From sequence record SRR2962707_2752: DNA of 50,837 nt, one strand, 5' to 3'. The first letter of the stretch is position 1. Each line of letters starts with the position of its first letter. Shown piece by piece: positions 7,585 through 17,120 of this stretch. The translations under genes and the position numbers were made by a program. Under the pieces are notes generated by a model. The model did not search any database. It was not told the DNA's origin and saw only the letters and a program-made list of their open reading frames with translations.

Positions 7585-8493
7585 TTACTGCAACTGGTAT
7601 TTGACCGGCTGCAGCGGTTCGGGTGCCGGGTCGCCCAGGGCTTCGGCAACACTGATTTCATGAATGCGGCAGATGGCATCCAGCGGCAGGTCGTTGGTGT
7701 GTCGGCCAAAGGGAAACTCAAGCTGTTCAGACAGGCGATCCAGCCCGAAAAACGTGTAGGCCACGATGGCGGTGAACACCGGCGTAAACCAGCCTGCGAC
7801 GCCTACCAGACCGAACGGGAGCAGGTAGCAGAACACATACGCCGTGCGGTGAGCCAGCAGGGTGTAGGCAAAGGGCAACGGGGTGAGGGCAATGCGTTCC
7901 GAGGCCGCCTGAATGCCCGCGAGGCCATGGAGGTGCTGGTCTACGGCCGCGGTTGCTACAGAATCCAGATCGCCCGCCTTGTGGGCTTCGGCGAGTACGT
8001 CTCCGGCCCGGTGCAGCATGAAGGCGGCGGGGTTGCGTGTGCTCAGGGCCTGGTCAATGAGTTCGGGTGCCAATGACCCCGGCAGATCAGACCGTACATC
8101 TTCTCCCCGTAACTGACCGCGCAGCAGGTGAGCGTGAGCAAGGCATCGGGTCAGAAGCTCCCGGCGTCGCTCCGGGCTCAGGTAAATGGTGCCAGTCCGC
8201 GCCAGGCTGCGAAATTCGTACACCATATGCCCCCAGTGTTTTCTGGCTTCCCACCAGCGGTCGTAGGTGGCGGTGTTGCGCACGCTTAAAAAGATGGACA
8301 GGGCGATGCCCATGATCGTGAACGGCAGAAGTGTGTAGTCGACCATGCCGTCGAGGTAGTGGTGGCGCGAAACCCAGGTAACGGCGGCTGCAAACATTCC
8401 CGTAAGCAGAATGTGCGGCAGAATGTGGGGGACAACAGACCCTTTCCAGGCCAGCAACAGCCGGAGTGGGCCGGGGCGCTCGCGAACAATCAC
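7585..8493 (-). CDS. Bestrophin-family (YneE-like) ion channel
   Basis: MIVRERP, YDRWWEARKHWG, ERIALTPLPFAY, PFGRHTNDLPLD; GTG start after AGGAG. Confidence 0.9.
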   Translation of the reverse strand: MIVRERPGPLRLLLAWKGSVVPHILPHILLTGMFAAAVTWVSRHHYLDGMVDYTLLPFTIMGIALSIFLSVRNTATYDRWWEARKHWGHMVYEFRSLARTGTIYLSPERRRELLTRCLAHAHLLRGQLRGEDVRSDLPGSLAPELIDQALSTRNPAAFMLHRAGDVLAEAHKAGDLDSVATAAVDQHLHGLAGIQAASERIALTPLPFAYTLLAHRTAYVFCYLLPFGLVGVAGWFTPVFTAIVAYTFFGLDRLSEQLEFPFGRHTNDLPLDAICRIHEISVAEALGDPAPEPLQPVKYQLQ

Positions 8494-8665
8494 GGTTAAC
8501 ACTCCTGGGATGGATGATGGCCTTGCCTGAGGGTTGGCCGCTGTGATTCCTATGCCTTTTTACGGAGAACCCACTCGTTACACAAGGGGGTAAGCTTTTT
8601 TAAGCGAGGGGGTCAGCACTCTGGCCGTTGCCTGGCATTACCCTGTGGTTTCAGGGGTAACCAGA

Positions 8666-8758
8666 TTAGGCGGCGGATTTGTGGCAGCAGTCACTGTCGC
8701 AGGGTGATAGCAGGTAAGTGCTCGAAACTTCGAGAAACTGTTCGATAATCTGTGTCAT
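8666..8758 (-). CDS. Candidate 30-aa Cys-rich small protein
   Basis: MTQIIEQFLEVSSTYLLSPCDSDCCHKSAA*; GAGGGA SD 6 nt before ATG; hairpin downstream. Confidence 0.4.
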   Translation of the reverse strand: MTQIIEQFLEVSSTYLLSPCDSDCCHKSAA

Positions 8759-9048
8759 CAAGATTCCCTCTGATGGTTTATTTGAAATGCAACCTAATAG
8801 TTTGGGGCGCATTCCTATAAAAAAACTTCGGAAAACCGAAACACATGGAGACCGCTTGGCGCGGGGGCTGTAAATTCAGATTGTTTTATCGACAGTCCCA
8901 TGGCGCTTGAGCCTCTGACACCGACTTACTTTGATAGTAGCGGAAAGCGGTTGATGCGTGTTCTTGAGATGCGATTTTTCGTGCCGCTTGATTTCTCTTC
9001 TCCTGCCCTGATTATTTCTACCATCAGCCAATCAGAGGCCTGTTCATC

Positions 9049-9489
9049 ATGACTGACGTTCGACACCTGGTATGTCCCCATTGCCACAAAGTGAATCGCG
9101 TACCGGCCGACAAGTTGTCCTCCGGCGGCAATTGTGGCGCCTGCAAACAACCGCTTTGGCCGGATCAGGTTCTGGAGCTAACGGCGCAGACCTTTACTAC
9201 CCATACCGGGCGTAGCGATCTGCCCGTGTTAGTGGATTTCTGGGCCAGCTGGTGTGGCCCGTGCAAAATGATGGCGCCCCAGTTCGAGCAGGCCGCGAAG
9301 GCCTGGCGCGGGAAAGTGCGCTTTGCCAAGCTGAATACGGAACAAGCCCCCGGGCCGGCCGGTCAGTTTGCGATTCGTAGCATACCGACCCTGATTCTGT
9401 TCCAGAACGGCCGGGAGGTGGCGCGCCAGAGTGGCGCCATGAATCAGGCCCAGATCAGTCAGTGGCTGCAATCGCAGGGTATTCGCTAG
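9049..9489 (+). CDS. trxC: Thioredoxin 2 with N-terminal zinc finger
   Basis: CPHC..NRVP..CGAC plus WCGPC active site. Confidence 0.93.
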   Translation: MTDVRHLVCPHCHKVNRVPADKLSSGGNCGACKQPLWPDQVLELTAQTFTTHTGRSDLPVLVDFWASWCGPCKMMAPQFEQAAKAWRGKVRFAKLNTEQAPGPAGQFAIRSIPTLILFQNGREVARQSGAMNQAQISQWLQSQGIR

Positions 9490-9556
9490 GAAAAATCGGG
9501 CAGGAATCAGGCCGACGGTCGTCCCGGTCTTTCGGGGCTTGGTTCGGCCCGCCGGT

Positions 9557-10117
9557 TCAGCTCCATTTCAGTTTGGGCGCTTGGTAGGACTGGATGGCCG
9601 AGAGCAGTTGCGCTTCGTTATCCGTGTGGATAATCATCTCGGCATGGTGCGGTTTCAGGAAGCCGGAATCGGTCATGTTCGAGATCATCTCGAACAATTT
9701 ATCGTAGAAACCATTGACGTTGTAAAAGGCGCAGGGTTTTGCGTGATAGCCGAGTTGAGCCCAGGTCCAGGCTTCGAAGATTTCTTCCAGGGTACCGACG
9801 CCGCCGGGCAGAGCCACAAAGGCATCGGCCATTCGGGCCATGGTGGCTTTTCTTTCGTGCATATCAGCAACAATTTTCAGCTTGGTGAGGCCTTGATGGG
9901 CCAGCTCCCGGTCTTTCAGGTACTCGGGAATCACTCCGTACACTTGAGCGCCCTTTTCCAGAAAGGCGTCTGCGACCACGCCCATCAGGCCGACGTTGCC
10001 ACCGCCGTACACCAGATCCACTCCGTTCATTGCCAGGTAGTGCCCCAGAGCACGGGTTGCCTGGGCGAATTCCGGGTTTTCACCAATGCTTGAACCACAA
10101 AATACGGCAATTCTCAT
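9557..10117 (-). CDS. LOG family (TIGR00730) nucleotide phosphoribohydrolase
   Basis: VFCGSS, LVYGGG.VGLMG, MHERK, PGGVGTLEE. Confidence 0.93.
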   Translation of the reverse strand: MRIAVFCGSSIGENPEFAQATRALGHYLAMNGVDLVYGGGNVGLMGVVADAFLEKGAQVYGVIPEYLKDRELAHQGLTKLKIVADMHERKATMARMADAFVALPGGVGTLEEIFEAWTWAQLGYHAKPCAFYNVNGFYDKLFEMISNMTDSGFLKPHHAEMIIHTDNEAQLLSAIQSYQAPKLKWS

Positions 10118-10453
10118 GGGTCTTACGAGGCTCCATCGATTCGGTTCAGAGGGGTGAGTGAGTTCTTCACTCTGTTGTGGTTGGTCCGGGCGTCTTTAGG
10201 TGCCGGAGCCTAATAGAATGCCGCCTCCGGTCTGCCCAGTCTAGCCGTTGATCGTGCATCCGAACCCGGAAGCCAGTTGTTAAGGCTTCGTAACCTGTTG
10301 AAGTATAAATAAAATGTAAGAGGTGGCGTCTCGTGTGATTCTGTTATTCTCGAATGGTTCAAAACTGACAGGTGCCCGGTGGGGCGCTGAGAACAGGCTC
10401 TCCCACCCGCGATACAGGACAAGTCAGACCACCTGAACCATGGGATTTACATC

Positions 10454-10783
10454 ATGAATATGAAATCACTGCTCGTTTTTCTGTCTCTGAGTGCCACCTC
10501 GTTGAGTGCCGTTGCGGGTGATACCGCCGACGCCGCGCTGGGTGGAGGTATTGGCGGCGCACTGGGGGCCGCCATTGGCAACGAGGTGGGTGGCAGAGAC
10601 GGAGCGATTCTTGGCGGTGCTGTCGGTGCGGCAGCGGGAACGGCCGTGACCACCCGGGACCAACGGGACCACGATCGCGATTATGATTATGATCGCCGCC
10701 GGTATGACGATGATCGCGGGTCTTACCGGAAGTCTCGTGGCCATTTCTGCCCACCAGGCCAGGCGAAGAAGGGTAACTGCTGA
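10454..10783 (+). CDS. Secreted glycine-zipper protein
   Basis: Signal peptide, GGALGAAIG/GGAVGAAAG zipper, Asp/Arg/Tyr-rich linker, FCPPGQAKKGNC tail. Confidence 0.8.
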   Translation: MNMKSLLVFLSLSATSLSAVAGDTADAALGGGIGGALGAAIGNEVGGRDGAILGGAVGAAAGTAVTTRDQRDHDRDYDYDRRRYDDDRGSYRKSRGHFCPPGQAKKGNC

Positions 10784-10831
10784 GACGCTTGTGTTGCTGA
10801 GGAAATGTAACGCGTCTGCACTGGGGCGGGC

Positions 10832-11398
10832 ATGATTCGTATAACCGCATGGGTATTGATGCTTGGCCTTTTGTCCGGGTGCCAGATGTACCGGAAGTCG
10901 AACGATCCGATACACCGGGCGCCACCCCCTGGCGCGACAACCGGGCAACTCACTCCGTTCAGCATGATGACCACGACGTTTCAGCGGGACCGGTACCGGC
11001 TTTTTCTGGCCGGGGGTGGTGAGAGTGTTAGAGACGGAGTGGAGCAAGCTTCGCTCTTCACCCTGACCTCGCTGCAGGCCAGTGCGCCGGAGGTGCCGGA
11101 TCCCGAAGGCGAACTGGTGGTTTTTGAGAGCGTGACGTACGAGCCGTTGTCGGATAACGACGTTACCGGCACCTGGTCATTTGACCAGCCGGCATGCCGG
11201 ATCCGATTACGGACGGCGGAGGGGCGCAATTTCGCGACACTGGAGGGGAAGCCTGTTTCTGTCACCATACACTCAGGAATACCCGCCCAGGCGCCGGTTC
11301 TGCAGTCCACGACCGGTTTTACGGTCACCGAGTCCAGGGTTCCGGAGCTGGAAGGCCGTGTGTTTTTCGATTTGTCCCGTCACTGGCCGTGTCCCTGA
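10832..11398 (+). CDS. Hypothetical lipoprotein
   Basis: Lipobox LLSGC after a hydrophobic stretch. Confidence 0.6.
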   Translation: MIRITAWVLMLGLLSGCQMYRKSNDPIHRAPPPGATTGQLTPFSMMTTTFQRDRYRLFLAGGGESVRDGVEQASLFTLTSLQASAPEVPDPEGELVVFESVTYEPLSDNDVTGTWSFDQPACRIRLRTAEGRNFATLEGKPVSVTIHSGIPAQAPVLQSTTGFTVTESRVPELEGRVFFDLSRHWPCP

Positions 11399-11467
11399 TT
11401 CGGGACGCTGGAGGCTCTGGCTGCTGACTATGCTTTAGATGAAGCGGGTTAGTGACTCTCTGCATCG

Positions 11468-12649
11468 TCAATCCATCCAGTTCCAGGGGGGCGCGTCCAG
11501 AAGCCCCTGGCCAAGAATGCGGGTTTCACCCAGCTCTTTGTTCAGTGCAATGGAATGGCAATCGTTGTCTGCTTCCAGAGCGGCTACCAGTCGAGGGGCA
11601 TGGGAAACAACCCACACCTGGGTTTCCCGCGAGGCGCGAATGATCAGTCGGCCGAGGGCCGGAAGCAAGTCGGGATGCAGGCTTGTTTCTGGTTCGTTCA
11701 GCACCAGTAGTGATGGCGGGCGGGGTGTGAGCAGCGCGGCAACCAACAGCAGGTAGCGAAGGGTGCCATCAGAAAGCTCGGCCTGATTCAGGGGGCGGAG
11801 CAGGCCGGCCTGCTCAAATTCCAGGACGAAACGGTTGCCTGCGTCTGTGCTGAACCCGAGCCTCGCTCCGGGAAAGGCATCTTCAATAGCGCTGTGCAGG
11901 CCGTCCCGGTCGCCGATTTCGTGAATGGTGCGCAGGGCTGCAACCAGGTTGTGGCCATTGTGGTCCAGCACCGGTGTACGGGTTCCGATTTGCGGGGTGC
12001 GGATGCTGGAGTGTTGATCGGTGCGGAACTGATCGTAAAAGCGCCACTGCCTGATGGCCTGCCGGACGGCATGGACTTCAGGTACAGCCACAGGATCACT
12101 GATCTCGCTCAGAATGCTCTCATAGGTGTTTAGCCGGGTGTCGTAGACCTCCCATTTCCGCCCTGAACGTACTTTGACAACCGGCCCGACGCGATCAATC
12201 AGACAACTGCTTGGGCGGCAGACATCACCCACCCAGATACATTCGCGTTTTATTTCAGGGTCGAGCTGGAACATGCTGGGTTCCTGATAACCTGCAAACC
12301 CCGTAGAGGCCGGAATCCCAAGAGAAATCGCGTAGCCGAATTCTTCGCCGGCAAACCCCAGCCGTAGGCGGGATGGGGTGTTCCCGGCGGTCCCCTGAAC
12401 GGGCGCTGAGCCGTCCCGCATCTCCCTTGAGAACTGGCCGGGCCCTGCCCAGAAGGTGTAGTCCAGGCCGCCTTCTTCCGCCAGGGAGGAAATCAGGTTG
12501 CCTTTTGCCGTTTCCGCCAGCAGGCGCAACGATTTATAGAGGTTTGATTTGCCACAGCCGTTTGGACCGGTAACAACGTTCAGGCCCGCCAGCGGCGCGA
12601 CCACGTCTCTGAGGCTGCGATAGTTGGAAACGGCAAAGGCTTTGATCAT
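11468..12649 (-). CDS. ABC/SMC-type AAA ATPase (AAA_21, COG4637-like)
   Basis: SNYRSL, GPNGCGKSN Walker A, LSDGT signature, LLVLNEPETSLHP, VVSH; start taken at MIKAF. Confidence 0.88.
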   Translation of the reverse strand: MIKAFAVSNYRSLRDVVAPLAGLNVVTGPNGCGKSNLYKSLRLLAETAKGNLISSLAEEGGLDYTFWAGPGQFSREMRDGSAPVQGTAGNTPSRLRLGFAGEEFGYAISLGIPASTGFAGYQEPSMFQLDPEIKRECIWVGDVCRPSSCLIDRVGPVVKVRSGRKWEVYDTRLNTYESILSEISDPVAVPEVHAVRQAIRQWRFYDQFRTDQHSSIRTPQIGTRTPVLDHNGHNLVAALRTIHEIGDRDGLHSAIEDAFPGARLGFSTDAGNRFVLEFEQAGLLRPLNQAELSDGTLRYLLLVAALLTPRPPSLLVLNEPETSLHPDLLPALGRLIIRASRETQVWVVSHAPRLVAALEADNDCHSIALNKELGETRILGQGLLDAPPWNWMD

Positions 12650-12920
12650 GATCCGGGTCGAACCTGTTTCTTGAAGAAGGTTGGAGGTGCGCCTGCAACG
12701 AGCAGGAGAGGGCCAATGAGTCTGGATTTTCCCATGGATGCTTCTCTTTGCCATAAGTGATCTTGTTTCGCGAAGAGAATATCATTTTGTGATCCCACAG
12801 TTTGAGCTAGGTTGCTCAAAGGGATCCGGGAGGCTGCATGACCGGAGAACACTCTGTTCTAGGCCGCCCAATTGAACGCTTTCTGATACACTCAGAATCT
12901 AAACAGTCCAGGCGAGAACC

Positions 12921-13334
12921 ATGGCCCCTGATCTAACCAAACATCCTGATATCGAGAAGCTCAGCGAGTTACTGGCTGATTTCCCGCATATCCGGGTTGC
13001 CGCTCTCTTTGGCTCCATAGCTCGGCGAACCGCCCGGCCAGACAGCGATATAGATGTTGCCGTTCAGGCTGACAAAGAGCTCCGTGCGGATGAGCGTATT
13101 GCCTTAACCGAAGCCATTGCTCTGGCCTTCAACCGCCCTGTGGACCTGGTGGACTTGCGCACAGCGGGGCAGCCTTTACTGAACCAGATTGTCAGCACTG
13201 GCATACAGGTTGTCGGCACACGCCACCAATGGGGTGACCTGATTTATCGCAATGTCATGGAAAACGAGGACTTTGTCCCTTACCAGAAACGTATCCTCGA
13301 AGGTAGACGCAACGCATGGATGAACAACTCGTAG
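12921..13334 (+). CDS. mntA: MntA-type minimal nucleotidyltransferase antitoxin
   Basis: LFGSIARRTARPDSDIDVA (GSx10DxD) and VDLVDL. Confidence 0.88.
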   Translation: MAPDLTKHPDIEKLSELLADFPHIRVAALFGSIARRTARPDSDIDVAVQADKELRADERIALTEAIALAFNRPVDLVDLRTAGQPLLNQIVSTGIQVVGTRHQWGDLIYRNVMENEDFVPYQKRILEGRRNAWMNNS

Positions 13335-13732
13335 CACAGAAGCTGGAATCCCTCAGGCGCTGCATTCAGCGTGTGGAGTCCCGCCTACCGGAAAATCTGG
13401 ATACTCTGCTGGTTGATCTGGATGCTCAAGACATTATTTCGCTGAATCTCACCCGCGCGGTACAGATGTGTGTCGACATTGCCTCCCACTGGCTTGCCGA
13501 GCACGCTCAAGCGACAGCACCAAAAACAATGGGGCAGACGTTCGAAGCGCTGGCGCAGTCCGGCATCATCGGTATTGAGCTGGCGTCTCGCATGCGGAAA
13601 TCCGTCGGATTCCGGAATGTGATGGTTCACAATTATGACGATGTGAATTGGGAGATCGTGTACGCCATTTGCAGTAAGCACCTTGGCGATTTTCGGGCCT
13701 TTGCCAAGGTGTTTTCGGATTTGATTGCGTAG
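13316..13732 (+). CDS. hepT: HepT (DUF86/HEPN) ribonuclease toxin
   Basis: GFRNVMVHNY (Rx4HxY); overlaps mntA. Confidence 0.88.
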   Translation: MDEQLVAQKLESLRRCIQRVESRLPENLDTLLVDLDAQDIISLNLTRAVQMCVDIASHWLAEHAQATAPKTMGQTFEALAQSGIIGIELASRMRKSVGFRNVMVHNYDDVNWEIVYAICSKHLGDFRAFAKVFSDLIA

Positions 13733-13908
13733 ACGGGAAAGTCTGAGAAGATCTCTCTGAGAAAAAGGTGTTTGCCGCCGTCGTCTCTTTCCCTATTTGG
13801 CGAGCAATGATCGGCTTCTTTAGTGGCCGGCCACAAATATCTGGATGTTGGAACGCCCTATACTAAGAGGCGAAACTTCACTGCACACAAAGCTCAAGGA
13901 GGAGTGGC

Positions 13909-14535
13909 GTGGTCATCAAATATTTCCTGAGTCACAAAAAGGTGCTCACGCTTTGCGCGGGAGCCTTGGTGATTGCCCTGACGTTATATCCGATGTTCTA
14001 TCGCACCTGGGCGTTTGGCTCCGATGCCTGGGGGTTGTCCGTCATATCGATTCTTGATCCCGAAGAAGTGCCCTGGAGCCCTTCGGGTTTCAATAGTCTG
14101 GCGATCCGGCCCGCCGTAGCCTACTGGCTTCTGACAAATTTCGATTGGCCTTATGAGCGCTGTGGTAAAGCGATGACCGCGATGGACGGTTGTTCGCAGC
14201 CTCTGGTTAATTTTGTGGGCACGACTCTGGATACGCACGATCCTGACTCGATCATGATGCGCCGAGGCTATGGGTTGCTTCGACATTTTGCGGCACGGGG
14301 AGAGCCGGTGAACGGCTATTACAACGGGCTGACGCCAGTGCATGAAGCCGTTCTCTATGCCAATGTGGAGTACCTTAGCGCCTTGCTGGAGCTGGGGGCG
14401 GACCCGAACCTGCCCATTGATATGCTGGATAAGGACTACCATGGCTTCAATGCATTTGAGTTTGCAGTGTTTTTGGAGACTCGGAATCCGGAAATGTATC
14501 AGGCTATTCGGGCAGAGCTTGAGGGTAGCGAGTAA
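13909..14535 (+). CDS. Ankyrin-repeat protein with N-terminal membrane anchor
   Basis: GLTPVHEAV...ALLELGADPN ankyrin motif; hydrophobic N-terminus; GGAGG SD. Confidence 0.65.
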   Translation: MVIKYFLSHKKVLTLCAGALVIALTLYPMFYRTWAFGSDAWGLSVISILDPEEVPWSPSGFNSLAIRPAVAYWLLTNFDWPYERCGKAMTAMDGCSQPLVNFVGTTLDTHDPDSIMMRRGYGLLRHFAARGEPVNGYYNGLTPVHEAVLYANVEYLSALLELGADPNLPIDMLDKDYHGFNAFEFAVFLETRNPEMYQAIRAELEGSE

Positions 14536-15096
14536 TCACTCCCGGGAATGCAACTGGTCGTTCAATGCCTGAACACAACGGCGGAACAGTTCAGCCGAGA
14601 AAAACCGGTGTTCGCCGGGCTGCTCTGCCACCAGTAGCTGGCCACCGGACTCCTGGAGGCCACATTCAATCATCAGGTTGTCGCTCATCTCGAAGTCTTC
14701 AATACTGTGCCCCAGTTCATCCCGATCGGCTGCGCCCGCGCGTTCACGGTAGTGTCTGCAGTCCATTGTGAATCCGAATGCAGCTTTGCCCTGGCCGATC
14801 ATGTAGCCGACTTCGAACACCGTGCCCGGGTCCGCACTGATGCCGCGGAAGGGGGTGAGGTTGGCAATGATGGCGTCGCAACTGTCCATCAGTTCGCGGT
14901 TGGCCTGGTAGATCCGGTGGCCGCGCGCCGGTTTCGTTTCCTGGTCGGAAAACGTCAGGGCGGTGTCCAGCGGGTCTATGCCTTCACAGCCGGCTTCGCG
15001 AAGCAGGCGCTTTTTCTCGGCGACGATGGCGTTGTGTTCTTCGTGTGGGAAAAACACTTCCGGGCCGGCCAGGTAGATGCGTTTGGGGTTTGCCAT
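14536..15096 (-). CDS. Nucleoside 2-deoxyribosyltransferase family protein
   Basis: IYLAGPEVF, ANLTPFRGISADPGTVFEVGY, DNLMI. Confidence 0.9.
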   Translation of the reverse strand: MANPKRIYLAGPEVFFPHEEHNAIVAEKKRLLREAGCEGIDPLDTALTFSDQETKPARGHRIYQANRELMDSCDAIIANLTPFRGISADPGTVFEVGYMIGQGKAAFGFTMDCRHYRERAGAADRDELGHSIEDFEMSDNLMIECGLQESGGQLLVAEQPGEHRFFSAELFRRCVQALNDQLHSRE

Positions 15097-15157
15097 GTGA
15101 ACTTTGGCTCTCATTTCCGTTAACGAATGAGTGTACTTACGAGTCTCCATGAACACA

Positions 15158-15179
15158 AAAGCCCCCAGCAGGGGGCTTT
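15158..15179 (-). terminator. Intrinsic terminator of choX
   Basis: AAAGCCCCC-AGCA-GGGGGCTTT with T-run on the minus strand. Confidence 0.7.
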
Positions 15180-15197
15180 GTCGTCTTACTGCAACAC

Positions 15198-16145
15198 TCA
15201 GTTATTCACCGTCAGCTTCATGGACTGTGCGATGGCGTTGGCGTCAGCTGGGCTTCCGTCGCGATGTGTCACGCCCTCCAGCCAGGCTTCAACAGCGTCG
15301 GGGTTCTGGTGCATCCAGTGGCGAGCGGCCCTTTCCTGCGGAACAAACTGGTTCAGGATCATGTCCATTACCTGGCCTTCCATTGCCAGTGAGAATTCCA
15401 GGTTCTCCAGAAGCTGCGCCACATTCGCGCAGTCTTCGCTGAATCCGGCACGGGTGTTGGTGTAGACCGTAGCACCACCCTTGTTCGGGCCGAAGTACTC
15501 ATCGCCGCCATCCAGGTACACAATATCGAACCGCTCGTTCATGGGGTGAGGTGCCCACGCCAGGAATACAATCCATTCCTTGTCGCGAATCTTGCCATTC
15601 ACCTGGGCCAGCATGATGCGCTCGGAGGTTTCAACCAGGTTGAATTCGCCCAGGCCAAAGGCGTTGGTTTCGATCATATCAAGGATGAGCTGATTACCAT
15701 CGTTACCTTTCTCCAGGCCGTACACGCTGTGATCAAACTTGTCTTTGAATTGGGCGATGTCGGAAAAGCTTTTTACGCCGGCCTCGTAGACCGCCTGTGG
15801 AACCGCCAACGTGTATTTTGCTCCCTGAAGGTTAGGCCCCAGCCGTTCGACCTTGTTGGCTTCGATCAGCGGATCGGCCACGGGCGCCATACTGGGCATC
15901 CAGTTGCCCAGGAACACGTCGATGTCGCCATTGGCCATGCCCTGGTACGTGTCTGCCACCGACTGGCTGGACATCTCCACGTTGTAGCCCAGCGCCTGCA
16001 ACAGTTCCGACGCCACGGCGGTGGTCGCTTTCACGTCTGTCCAGTCCACAATGCCGAACTGTATCTGCTCGCATTGTCCGGCGGCGTAAGCCTTTGTCCC
16101 AACTGAGACCCACGCAAGCATCACCAGGAGAAAAATCGTTCGCAT
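15198..16145 (-). CDS. choX: Choline ABC transporter substrate-binding protein
   Basis: WTDVKATT, DIDVFLGNWMPSM, GAKYTLAVP, GNDGN, WAPHPMN. Confidence 0.88.
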   Translation of the reverse strand: MRTIFLLVMLAWVSVGTKAYAAGQCEQIQFGIVDWTDVKATTAVASELLQALGYNVEMSSQSVADTYQGMANGDIDVFLGNWMPSMAPVADPLIEANKVERLGPNLQGAKYTLAVPQAVYEAGVKSFSDIAQFKDKFDHSVYGLEKGNDGNQLILDMIETNAFGLGEFNLVETSERIMLAQVNGKIRDKEWIVFLAWAPHPMNERFDIVYLDGGDEYFGPNKGGATVYTNTRAGFSEDCANVAQLLENLEFSLAMEGQVMDMILNQFVPQERAARHWMHQNPDAVEAWLEGVTHRDGSPADANAIAQSMKLTVNN

Positions 16146-16155
16146 GTTACATCCT

Positions 16156-16175
16156 TTAATTGAACGTTCAATTAA
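16156..16175. promoter_or_regulatory. BetI-type operator
   Basis: Perfect 20-bp palindrome TTAATTGAACGTTCAATTAA abutting the choX SD. Confidence 0.8.
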
Positions 16176-16306
16176 TAAAAAATTGGCGCGGGATAGTACC
16201 GAAAAGTGAGCCAGATTGATATGAGAGTGCCTAATGATTCAGGTTTGAAAATTAGGCACTTGGGGAGGGCTTGAAGTGAGTGTCGGCTGTGTAGCCGGAG
16301 GTTCGG

Positions 16307-16747
16307 TTATCTGTTGGTGCCGCTGAGTTGGGCGACGTAGGCGGTAATAAAAGCGTTTTCCTGGAAGGCTTTCAGGCCTGTGTCGGCAAAGGCGATGGGC
16401 ACAGGGTTGTTGGCCAAAGTGGACTTGACCAGGGCCGGGGGCACCAGGGTCACGTTCAGCTCGGAGTCGGCAATCAACTGAATGGCGGCTTCCATTTTGA
16501 AGCTGATGGCGCCACCGGCAAACTTGCCTTTTTGCATCCGCTCCTTGATGGCAACCGTGGCCACGCCGCAATCGGCCATCAGCGCCGCAAAGGTGGCCTG
16601 AAACGTTTTCAGGTCGTCCCGGCTGTGGTTTTTGGGTAGCGAGAGTTTGCGTACTTTGCAGTCGGGCAGGTTGAATTGGCCCCGGTCCATATTCAGCATA
16701 CACACCACCGCATCGCTGCCGGTCAGTTCTACTCCGCATACAATCAT
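16307..16747 (-). CDS. DUF3010 family protein
   Basis: MIVCGVEL, IKERMQKGKFAGGAISFKMEAAIQL. Confidence 0.85.
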   Translation of the reverse strand: MIVCGVELTGSDAVVCMLNMDRGQFNLPDCKVRKLSLPKNHSRDDLKTFQATFAALMADCGVATVAIKERMQKGKFAGGAISFKMEAAIQLIADSELNVTLVPPALVKSTLANNPVPIAFADTGLKAFQENAFITAYVAQLSGTNR

Positions 16748-16775
16748 AATAATGCCCCCTATGCCCCGGTTACTC

Positions 16776-17120
16776 TCAGCCGCAGCATTTCTTGAATTTG
16801 ATTCCACTACCGCAAGTGCAGGCGTCGTTGCGGGAGGGAGATTTTGCTGTGGTGACTGTTCCCGTTTTATTCAGGATAGCGGTGAGCTCGTTGACGGATT
16901 CAACGGCGCCCTCGCGGGTATCAACGGAGATGGTTGCGTGAAGTTTCGCCTCGGTCACCTGGGCTTCAACTTCTTTCTTGCGTGCTTCACTGGTAACCAC
17001 CAGCGTTAGTGGGTACTTCTTGCTGCCGCTCTTTTGGCTGGCGTTTGTCTGAAAGCCGCCGTAAGCCGTGTGGTGCTGGCGGGCGTCTTGCCGACCTTTA
17101 TAGAAAAATTTATCTGACAT
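16776..17120 (-). CDS. SEC-C motif metal-binding protein (PBPRA1643-like)
   Basis: MSDKFFYKGR start; C-terminal RNDACTCGSGIKFKKCCG. Confidence 0.85.
   Translation of the reverse strand: MSDKFFYKGRQDARQHHTAYGGFQTNASQKSGSKKYPLTLVVTSEARKKEVEAQVTEAKLHATISVDTREGAVESVNELTAILNKTGTVTTAKSPSRNDACTCGSGIKFKKCCG

Noticed and set aside
8503-8600. Fluoride riboswitch ahead of the bestrophin gene
   Set aside because: No GGxGATGG...GCTxATGA consensus on the coding strand
9557-10117. SLOG-type defence effector
   Set aside because: Ordinary stand-alone LOG enzyme with host-like composition
10369-10445. TPP riboswitch (GGTGC...GCTGAGA...ACCTGA)
   Set aside because: The 3' conserved AATxCC..GCGxAGG segment is absent and the downstream gene is unrelated to thiamine
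11468-12649. PARIS, Septu or Gabija system
   Set aside because: No TOPRIM, HNH or UvrD partner adjacent
14536-15096. Retron effector (NDT family)
   Set aside because: No reverse transcriptase or msr-msd nearby; host-like composition
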